In this document: positions 9,436 to 17,237 of the stretch, piece by piece | Numbering within the stretch: the first letter of the stretch is position 1 | How the letters are laid out: each line of letters starts with the position of its first letter | NCBI GenBank assembly: GCA_965205265.1 | Contig: CBDBGH010000003.1 | Span: 4,288,001-4,352,000 of the forward strand | Length of the DNA: 64,000 nucleotides | Direction of reading: 5' to 3' | DNA from: Alphaproteobacteria bacterium | GTDB lineage: Bacteria > Pseudomonadota > Alphaproteobacteria > Bin95 | Program-made: the position numbers and the translations under genes | Notes under the pieces: model-generated | Databases searched by the model: none | What the model was told of the DNA's origin: nothing | The model's input: the letters and a program-made list of their open reading frames with translations, nothing else

Positions 9436-9839
9436 GCGTCTCTCCCCCTCCCTATACCTTCCTCGCCCAAACGCTTGATGAGTTCCTTAACTCTGACGCG
9501 CAGCGCATGCAGCTCGGGGGCATCGCGAAAGCTGAACGACGCTCCCTCGCCCTCCTCGGTGGTGGGAACAAACACCGCATCCTCCAGCCTTCCGTCTGCG
9601 ATCGACTCGTTGACGGTATCCACGGCGCTTTGAAACGTTACCCGGTCGAGAACGGCGAGATGTCGCTCAAATGCGACGAGCATTTCGGTCAGCTGACGAT
9701 CCGGCGGCAACGCACGCGGCCCGCCCGCCTCCGAATCCCACACCGTATAGCGCTCCCTGTCGGCCAGTTCTCCGACACCCGCTGCCCGCAACAGCCCGGA
9801 GGTCTGCTCAATCAGTTCCTCGAACTCTTCCGGTTCCAT
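9432..9839 (-). CDS. Hypothetical acidic helical protein, translationally coupled to the nuclease-like gene
   Basis: 135-aa ORF with 4-bp overlap with the next gene. Confidence 0.65.
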   Translation of the reverse strand: MEPEEFEELIEQTSGLLRAAGVGELADRERYTVWDSEAGGPRALPPDRQLTEMLVAFERHLAVLDRVTFQSAVDTVNESIADGRLEDAVFVPTTEEGEGASFSFRDAPELHALRVRVKELIKRLGEEGIGRGRDA

Positions 9840-9993
9840 CGCCGTTCCATTCGCTCCTGTTACGGTCGCGCGAAGTGAATCCTAGCCGCTCCGACAACCG
9901 CAGAGTTGGCAGCCCAAACGTTATCCACGACCGCGCCACATCCAGAAACACGTCACCGGAAGCAGCGTCCAATCGCTCCAACACCTCCGAGCG

Positions 9994-10860
9994 TTACGCG
10001 GGGCGTTTGGAGTTTGTCACATACCTCTGCCCGGTAAGCGACGCTCGATAGAGACCGTCGTCAAGGAAATGCAGGAAGGACTTGATCTCACGCCGCTCGG
10101 TGGGCATGACGATCTTGCCGTCCACCACAGTCACGGGCATGTCGACAGCCGCCGCAGCCTCCTGGATCCGATCAACGCCGTAGGTCTCCAGTGTCTCGCT
10201 ACCCGTGATCGCATGAACCAGTCGCCGCACGGTCTGGTCGGCCTGCCCAAGAAAGTCCTCCGGCCTCGCCACCTCGAAGCTCGCGTGATCCGCAAAATTC
10301 CGAATCTCCTGATCCGTTGCGGCCCTGTAGATGCCGGACAAATCGACAATGGCTCTCATCTTGTGAAAGCTCTTGAACTTCAGCCGTCCTTCCTCAGCTA
10401 TGCACGTCAACGAGGAATCGAAGGTAAACGCGGAATCGCTGAGGCGGCGAAACGCGTTTCCATGCTGCAGAAGAGAAAAGCGGCGCGAGAGCACCTGCCG
10501 ACCGGAAAACTGCTGGATCAACACCTTCGTCGCTCCGTCGTCCACGATCCCAGTGAACAATGCCCGAATGCCTTCCTGATCGAAGCGTCCAGTGTCCAGG
10601 TCGGGAATCGCGACCGCGTTGGCTTCGATAGTCTCGAAAAACACACGCGCCTCATCGGGCGTATCGACGACCAGAACCTCGTTGTCATCGGGTTTCCAGC
10701 TGCCGTCGAATTCGACCTCCTCCTCCACCCCTCTTCGGAATTGCTCTTCCTGCTCGCGAAAAACGTTCTCGACAGCTCCCTGCACGTCATTGTCCAGACG
10801 CACGCGCTTGGCGACCAGACGACCGTTTACCCGGCACGCGCCGAACAGATTCTGAGGCAT
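9994..10860 (-). CDS. kwaB: Kiwa anti-phage protein KwaB-like (DUF4868)
   Basis: Start MPQNLF overlaps the kwaA stop; C-terminal 'IKSFLHFLDDGLYRASLTGQRYVTNSKR' is typical; gene context. Confidence 0.75.
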   Translation of the reverse strand: MPQNLFGACRVNGRLVAKRVRLDNDVQGAVENVFREQEEQFRRGVEEEVEFDGSWKPDDNEVLVVDTPDEARVFFETIEANAVAIPDLDTGRFDQEGIRALFTGIVDDGATKVLIQQFSGRQVLSRRFSLLQHGNAFRRLSDSAFTFDSSLTCIAEEGRLKFKSFHKMRAIVDLSGIYRAATDQEIRNFADHASFEVARPEDFLGQADQTVRRLVHAITGSETLETYGVDRIQEAAAAVDMPVTVVDGKIVMPTERREIKSFLHFLDDGLYRASLTGQRYVTNSKRPA

Positions 10861-11384
10861 TACTGGCTTTCCTCCAAGTCTATCACGATGTACTCCGTCA
10901 ACTGACCCACTGTGATTGCCTCCGTGGCATTCCGAAGATGCTTCCTGGTGATAAGCACGTAGGTAACGCCTTCCTTGGTATTGACCTTGTAGAAGTGCCA
11001 ACCGATCAATCCCAGGAGCGGGTTGAAGTGATAGGTATACCCCGTCGCAACGACCACACCGAAGATGAGCAGGGCCGGAATCCACACTTGCCAGTTGAAT
11101 GACGCGATATCGTCAGTGAACAACGGCAGCAGATAAAGCAGCAGAAAGGCGATGTTCTCGCGATCGGCGGCTTCCACCGCAACCGCTTCGAACGTCATGC
11201 GTTCCAGGTTCTTTCTCGCGTAACGCAGCAGGAACACACACAGCAGGACAAGACCCGCGCATCCCGCCAACAGCAGTACGGCCAGGCACTCCTTGTCTTC
11301 CTGGTAAGCGACCCAAGCGTATGTCAATAGTACGGGTGCGACCGCCGTGCTGGTCAGCAATAGTCTGGCCACCCTGCTCAGCAT
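10860..11384 (-). CDS. kwaA: Kiwa anti-phage membrane protein KwaA-like
   Basis: ~4 hydrophobic segments, FLLLYLLPL and HFNPLLGLIGWHFYKV motifs, upstream of the KwaB-like gene. Confidence 0.75.
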   Translation of the reverse strand: MLSRVARLLLTSTAVAPVLLTYAWVAYQEDKECLAVLLLAGCAGLVLLCVFLLRYARKNLERMTFEAVAVEAADRENIAFLLLYLLPLFTDDIASFNWQVWIPALLIFGVVVATGYTYHFNPLLGLIGWHFYKVNTKEGVTYVLITRKHLRNATEAITVGQLTEYIVIDLEESQ

Positions 11385-11558
11385 GCACCTTCGCTCCCCC
11401 GGGCGGGCGCCTTCTTGCACGGCGTCCGCTCACCCTCCACTTCCTCCCGCCTCCCGCAGCCGTCGGCGCGTGCCCAACGCCGCCGCCCGCGAATCCCGTA
11501 GTATCGCCAGGTTACAGCGTCGACAGCCGTCGGTTCCCTGTGCCTAACAACTTTCGCC

Positions 11559-11945
11559 TCACGCCTTGCGCCGGACACGAGCATATTCCTTCACAAAGTG
11601 CATCAGGACCTTGTCGAGCTTCGGCCTGTCCCAGTGGTAGCTCTGCGGCCGCACGAATTCGGTCCATGCCACGAAATCAGGGTCCTCGCCCTTCACGAAG
11701 AAGGTGTGGAGCTTGTTGACGATCTCGCGCATCAGATCGCGCATCTCGTTCTCGTCGAACCGCGACACCTCCGGCCAGGGAATGCGCCGGCCTTCGGCGT
11801 CGACCACGACGACGCCCGAATAGTCGCCGGTCCGCGTGATTGGCGTCGCCCCGCGGTGCAGCGTTTCGAGCATCGATTGCCTAACGCACACCAGCGCCAG
11901 GATTCTGACAAAGGCCGGAACCCTCCGGCGTGCCTTCGCTTCCAT
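11559..11945 (-). CDS. Conserved hypothetical protein
   Basis: C-terminal part of ORF 11559-12989; protein-like 'LETLH.G.TP.TRTGDYS..IPWPEVSRF..EMRDLM'. Confidence 0.6.
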   Translation of the reverse strand: MEAKARRRVPAFVRILALVCVRQSMLETLHRGATPITRTGDYSGVVVVDAEGRRIPWPEVSRFDENEMRDLMREIVNKLHTFFVKGEDPDFVAWTEFVRPQSYHWDRPKLDKVLMHFVKEYARVRRKA

Positions 11946-12269
11946 GGCGGCTTCCAATCCCCTCTGTCTCGCATTGCCCGCAACACCGTAGCCCGACCGC
12001 CCACGCAACTCACGACCGGCAGTTAGCACTCCGGCACAGCGCCTCGCAACAACACCCGCGCCGCGCCTCCCGTTCCCTCCCGCCGGTCCCGGCGCAGCCG
12101 GCCCGGCAGTTTCACCGTCGGTGTCCCGCCGCGCGCTTCCGGTCTCACACCGGCCGCGATCGCCACCCCCTGTCCGTGACGCGCCGGCAGGAGGCGGTGG
12201 CCGGCCTCGGCGGGGCGCATTCCGGGGCCGCGGAGCGGCCTCTCGCGCCACCGCCGGGGAGACCGATCC

Positions 12270-13181
12270 ATGCCCAGCCGCATCGCCGACATTCCCGTGC
12301 CGCCCCGGTGCCGCCAGATGATCCGCGCCGGCGCCCTCGTCGTCATCAATCACAGCGGCGGCAAGGACAGCCAGGCGATGACGATCCTGCTGTCCCGCAT
12401 CGTGCCCGCCGGCCAGCTCATCGCCGTCCACGCGCCGCTCGCCGAAGTCGAATGGGAGGGCGTCGTCCCGCATATCGAGGCGACCCTGCCTGCCGGCATG
12501 CCGCTCGTCATGGCGCGGGTTTCGTCCGGCGAGACCCTGCTCGAACGGGTGGAGGAACGCGGCCTCTGGCCCTCGAATTCGGCGCGCTGGTGTACCTCGG
12601 ATTTTAAGTCCGGACCGATCCAGAGGGAGTTGCGCCGGTATCTGAAGGCCCATCAGCGCTTCGGCGGGCGGCTCGTCAACTCCATGGGCATGCGCGCCGA
12701 GGAGAGCCCGGCGCGCGCACGGAAGACGCCGTGGCGGCGCAACGACCGGATGAGCGTCGCGGGCCGCGAGGTCTTCGACTGGCTGCCGGTGTTCGGCCTC
12801 TCGACAGAGGACGTCTTCCGCGTCATCCGCGACGCCGGTCAGGCGCCGCACTGGGCCTACGCCGCCGGCATGTCGAGGCTGAGTTGCAGCTTCTGCATCC
12901 TGGCATCCCGCGCCGATCTGCGCCGGGCGGCCGAACTTCGCCCGCAGCTCTACCGCACCTACGCGGAGATCGAGCGCCGCATCGGCCACACCCTGTCGCC
13001 CTCCGCCGTTCCCCTGCCGGAACTGACGGGCATTTCGCCGTCCGAGGCCGGCGACGGCCAGGACGCGCTGGGTCTCGGCGGCCTCCGATCCCGGCCTGCG
13101 CCGGAACGGCAGCGCCTCGCACGGCGCACCGGCGTCAAGCCCCGGTGTTCACGGAGCGGAGCGGAGCCAAGGGCCGGGTGA
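12270..13181 (+). CDS. PAPS-reductase-family (PP-loop) protein, mobile-element type
   Basis: SGGKDS PP-loop, RWCTSDFK, GMRAEESPAR, RLSCSFC. Confidence 0.85.
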   Translation: MPSRIADIPVPPRCRQMIRAGALVVINHSGGKDSQAMTILLSRIVPAGQLIAVHAPLAEVEWEGVVPHIEATLPAGMPLVMARVSSGETLLERVEERGLWPSNSARWCTSDFKSGPIQRELRRYLKAHQRFGGRLVNSMGMRAEESPARARKTPWRRNDRMSVAGREVFDWLPVFGLSTEDVFRVIRDAGQAPHWAYAAGMSRLSCSFCILASRADLRRAAELRPQLYRTYAEIERRIGHTLSPSAVPLPELTGISPSEAGDGQDALGLGGLRSRPAPERQRLARRTGVKPRCSRSGAEPRAG

Positions 13182-13239
13182 CGAACGGGCGCCCGGAGGG
13201 GGCGGCCCGCGCCGCCTCGCCGCCATCCGGAGCACGCCC

Positions 13240-14265
13240 ATGACCCTTCACGACACCATCTCTGCCGACTACACGCTGCGCCCGAGCGAGCTCGCCGATG
13301 TGCTCGCCACCCTGGTCAAGGCCCGCCAGCCGACTCTGGTCTGGGGACCGCCGGGCGCGGCAAAGTCGATGATCGCGCGGCAGGTCGCCAGCGACCACGG
13401 CTACAACTACGTCGACATCCGCGCGCTGCTGCTCGACCCCGTCGATCTGAGGGGCATCCCCTGGCGCGACGAGGACGGCCGCACGCGCTGGGCGCCGCCG
13501 GTGTTCCTGCCGCCCACCGCCAGCACCGCCCTGTGGCTCCTCAACCTCGAGGAGCTCGCCTCCTGCGTGCCGATGGTCCAGGCCGCGCTCTACCAGCTCA
13601 GCCTGGAGCGCAAGTGCGGCGAGTACGAGTTGCCCGAGGGCGCCTCGATCATCGCCTGCAGCAACCGCGAGAACGACCGCGGCATCGTCCACCGCATGCC
13701 GACGCCGCTCGCCAACCGCTTCGTCCATCTGGAGATCCGGGTCGACGCCAGGGACTGGCTTGCCTGGGGCGCCGCGAACGGGATCGCCCCGGAGGTGCTG
13801 TTCTTCATCGAGCTGGAGCCGGAGCTGCTGCACGACTTCGATCCCCAGTCGAAGGAGCACGCCTTCCCGAGCCCCCGCAGCTGGGAGTTCGCTTCCAACA
13901 TCGTCAAGAACCGCAACGGGCTCGATCCTGAGGTCGAGCGGGCGCTGTTCCGGGGCACGGTGGGCGAGGCCGCGGCGGTCGAGTTCACCTCGTTCCTGAA
14001 GGTGTGGCGCGAGCTGCCCCACCCGAGGGCCGTCCTCGACGACCCCGGCAACGCCGACATCCCGGAGAACGCCAGCACGCTGATGGCGCTCTGCGGCTCG
14101 CTCTACCGGATGGCTTCCGACGTCAACCTGGACGCCATCGTCACCTACGCCACCCGGCTCCGGCGCGAGGTCGGCGAGTCGCTGGTCGGCGCCTGCGTGC
14201 GCCGCGAGCCCGCGCTCCAGCGCTCGCCCGCCTTCATCCGCTGGGCCGCCGCCAAGACGCAGTGA
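13240..14265 (+). CDS. MoxR-like AAA+ ATPase
   Basis: Variant Walker A GPPGAAKS, variant Walker B LNLEEL, PLANRF, PSPRSW. Confidence 0.85.
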   Translation: MTLHDTISADYTLRPSELADVLATLVKARQPTLVWGPPGAAKSMIARQVASDHGYNYVDIRALLLDPVDLRGIPWRDEDGRTRWAPPVFLPPTASTALWLLNLEELASCVPMVQAALYQLSLERKCGEYELPEGASIIACSNRENDRGIVHRMPTPLANRFVHLEIRVDARDWLAWGAANGIAPEVLFFIELEPELLHDFDPQSKEHAFPSPRSWEFASNIVKNRNGLDPEVERALFRGTVGEAAAVEFTSFLKVWRELPHPRAVLDDPGNADIPENASTLMALCGSLYRMASDVNLDAIVTYATRLRREVGESLVGACVRREPALQRSPAFIRWAAAKTQ

Positions 14266-14329
14266 TGGAGGAACCCGCCGCCCCTGGCGTCCCCGTGTGA
14301 ACGCTTCGCTAACCCGAGAGGAGGAACCG

Positions 14330-15244
14330 ATGGACCTCAACCGCGACGCCATGCTGGTCGGCCTGCACATCGCCGCCTGGTCCGGCCGGCTGTACGACCG
14401 CCAGGCGAGCGACCATGTCGCCGTCGCCCACGACGCCTCGACCGGCGCCGGGCGCTACAACAAGCGCCTGCTGCCCAAGGCCGCCTTCGCCGCGCTCACC
14501 GCCACCATGAGCGAGGCGAGGACCAGGCACTACGCCAACTCGCTGCCCTGGGACGACAAGGGCGCGCGGCTACTCACCGTCGCCAACTACGAGCACTACA
14601 CGGAACTGATGGACGGGTTCCGGGAACGCGTGGTGCTCCAGCGCGCCCGCTTCATCGAGGACTACGACGACTACATCGACCAGGCCCGGCTCGACCTCGG
14701 CAAGCTCTTCCGCATCGAGGACTACCCGTCCAAGGAAGACCTCCAGGGCAAGTTCGCCATCCGCTACCGTATCACGCCGGTGCCGGACGCGGACCATTTC
14801 ATCGCGCAGCTCGCCTCGGAAGACACCGAGCGGGTGAAGCGCGACATCGAGAGCCACGTCGAGGAACAGCTCCACGGCGCGGTGGGCGACCTCTACCGCC
14901 GCTTCGGCGAAGCGATCGAGCGGGTCTCGGAGCGGCTGCGGGAGGACGACGACGGCAAGCCGCTGGTGTTCCGCGACACAATGATCTCGAACATCCGCGA
15001 CCTGGTGGACGTGGTGCCGCGCCTCAACATCTTCGGCGACCAGACCCTGGCGCAGCTGTGCGCGCAGGTGAAGGAGAAGATCGCGAGCGTCGAGCCGGAC
15101 GCGCTCCGGCCGTCGAAGACCTTCGACCCGGCGGCCCGCGCCCAGGTCAAGCGCGACGCCGACGACCTCGCGGAGAAGTTCGCGGGGTATTTCGGGCGAC
15201 GCGCGGAAGAGCCCGCCGAAGAGCCGGTGCGGGAGGCCGCGTGA
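14330..15244 (+). CDS. DUF3150-like helical protein
   Basis: LV.L.I..WSG N-terminus, LPW...G.RLL, DYP; strong SD GAGGAGGA; lies between the AAA and vWA genes. Confidence 0.6.
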   Translation: MDLNRDAMLVGLHIAAWSGRLYDRQASDHVAVAHDASTGAGRYNKRLLPKAAFAALTATMSEARTRHYANSLPWDDKGARLLTVANYEHYTELMDGFRERVVLQRARFIEDYDDYIDQARLDLGKLFRIEDYPSKEDLQGKFAIRYRITPVPDADHFIAQLASEDTERVKRDIESHVEEQLHGAVGDLYRRFGEAIERVSERLREDDDGKPLVFRDTMISNIRDLVDVVPRLNIFGDQTLAQLCAQVKEKIASVEPDALRPSKTFDPAARAQVKRDADDLAEKFAGYFGRRAEEPAEEPVREAA

Positions 15245-16668
15245 TGGCCGCCCGCGTGCTCAACGAGTCCGCGCTCCGTGTGAGCGACTGCGTGACGGAG
15301 CTGCTGCGCAAACAGCCCTTCTTCGGCAGCCTGGTGCTGCGCCTGCCGCTCCGTCCCGATCCCACCCGCGAGACGCTGGCGACGGACGGGCACGAGATCC
15401 GCTACTCGCCGCAGTGGGTGGCGGAGACCGAGGCGCATCTCATCGAGACGGCCATGGCGCGGGTGGTGATGGCGTGCGCGCTCAAGCACCACACGCGGCG
15501 GGGCGAGCGCGATCCCGAGCGCTGGCAGATTGCCTCGCAGCTCGTCACCCATGCGCTCATTCGCGACGCCGGGTTCACGCTGCCGCCCGACGCGGAAGCC
15601 TGGGACGATCTCAGCGTCGAGCAGGCCTATGACCGCCTGCTGACGCCCGGGGACGGCGATTCCGGAGACGACGGCGACGCATCCTCCGGCACCGCCGGTG
15701 CCGGCACGCCCGCCGCCGGGGAATCCTCACCGGACGGCGATGACGACGGCACGGGGGATCCGTCCGACGCCACCGATGACGGCGACGGCCAGGATTCGAG
15801 CGATGCTCAAGACGGCGACGCCGAAGCTGACGGCGGGGATGCCCGGACGTCGCACGACGCCAATGCCGATGCCGAGGGTCAGGGCGAGGATGACCCGTCC
15901 GATGCCCCGCCGAGCCACGATCCCTCCGGCACCGGAGAGGTCATGGACGCCGGCGCACGGGCGGGCGATAGCCACGATCCCGCCGAAACGCCGGTGGACG
16001 TCGCCGCCGAGGAGCAGGCCTGGGACGAGGCGATGCACCAGGCCCTCAACATCGCCCGCGCCGAGGGCAAGGCGCCGGGCCGGGTCGAGGAGACGGTGAA
16101 GGGCGCCCATGCGAGCACGCTGGACTGGCGAACGCTGCTGCGGCGCTACATGACCGACGCGGCGAAGAGCGACTATTCCTGGAGCCTGCCCAACCGGCGC
16201 TTCATCGACTCCGGGCTCTACCTTCCCTCGATCCGTTCGGAGGGGATGGAGACGATCGCCGTCATTGTCGACACCTCGGGCTCCCTGCCGGTCGCGACGC
16301 TGGCCGCGTTCTGGGCCGAGTTACGCGAGATCGCGGTCGAGACCCGCCCCGAGCGCGTCGTCCTGCTCCAGGTCGACGCCGCCGTGCAGGACGCATCCGA
16401 GTACGCACCCGACGAGCTGCCCGAGGAGATCGTCGTCAAGGGACGCGGCGGCACCGACTTCCGGCCCGGATTCGAATGGCTCGACGAGCACGGAATCCAA
16501 CCGGCGGTATGCCTGTATTTCACGGACATGGAGTGCTCCAGCTACCCCGAGACCGAACCGAATTTCGGAGTCGTCTGGGTCAACTGGAGCGACCCGCCCG
16601 AGGACTGGAACCGCGAGCCCTGGGGCGAGCGCATCGACATCGCCCCCGCCGGGAGCGCCGCACCGTGA
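15244..16668 (+). CDS. DUF2201-type protein: peptidase-like N domain, acidic linker, vWA domain
   Basis: PFFG.L, T.ATDG, MIDAS DTSGS, GRGGTDF, YFTD; HExxH absent. Confidence 0.85.
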   Translation: MAARVLNESALRVSDCVTELLRKQPFFGSLVLRLPLRPDPTRETLATDGHEIRYSPQWVAETEAHLIETAMARVVMACALKHHTRRGERDPERWQIASQLVTHALIRDAGFTLPPDAEAWDDLSVEQAYDRLLTPGDGDSGDDGDASSGTAGAGTPAAGESSPDGDDDGTGDPSDATDDGDGQDSSDAQDGDAEADGGDARTSHDANADAEGQGEDDPSDAPPSHDPSGTGEVMDAGARAGDSHDPAETPVDVAAEEQAWDEAMHQALNIARAEGKAPGRVEETVKGAHASTLDWRTLLRRYMTDAAKSDYSWSLPNRRFIDSGLYLPSIRSEGMETIAVIVDTSGSLPVATLAAFWAELREIAVETRPERVVLLQVDAAVQDASEYAPDELPEEIVVKGRGGTDFRPGFEWLDEHGIQPAVCLYFTDMECSSYPETEPNFGVVWVNWSDPPEDWNREPWGERIDIAPAGSAAP

Positions 16669-16889
16669 GCCGGGCCATCCATGGCGCCCCGGCCGAGGCG
16701 CTCAGGCAGGCGCTGAAGGCGCTCGCCGAACTCGCCTTCTGGATCTCGTGGACCGCCGATCCCGACCTCCATCCCGACGTCCCGGTCAGCGCGCGCTGCA
16801 TGCGCGACGCAGCGGCGGCGCTCCGCAAGGCCGCGCGCCTGCTCGACGAAGCCGCCGACAGGGCGGACCCGACATCGACGGCCCGCTGA
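16665..16889 (+). CDS. Small hypothetical protein
   Basis: GTG start overlaps the vWA stop (GTGA); helical composition. Confidence 0.45.
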   Translation: MSRAIHGAPAEALRQALKALAELAFWISWTADPDLHPDVPVSARCMRDAAAALRKAARLLDEAADRADPTSTAR

Positions 16890-17237
16890 GGCCGGCGCAG
16901 CCCGGGCGCGACGGCGCGCGCATCGCTTCGGCTTCCTCCGCCGGCCATGCGCTGCCGCGAGGCGGAGGCCGGCGCAGGGCGGGCGAACCGTCGATAAAGG
17001 AGGACTGCCATGATCTGGCCACCGGCCCCGCCCGGTGAGCCTGCTGTCGCCCCGACCCTGATCCAGTTTGCCCGGAACACGGCCCCGCACCGCCGTCCCG
17101 CCGCCTCGCCTCGCCCCTTTCGGCAACGCCGCCGGGAGGCGGAGCGGAGCAGAGGTCCGGGCGGCGCGGACGGGGCGGCGGGAGCCGTTCCCGGCGCCAC
17201 GCTTTCTTCTTTCCCACACACCACCAGGGAGGTTCGC

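Noticed and set aside
12270-13181. Dnd/Ssp phosphorothioation system
   Set aside because: No cysteine desulfurase, dndD/E or ssp genes in the window
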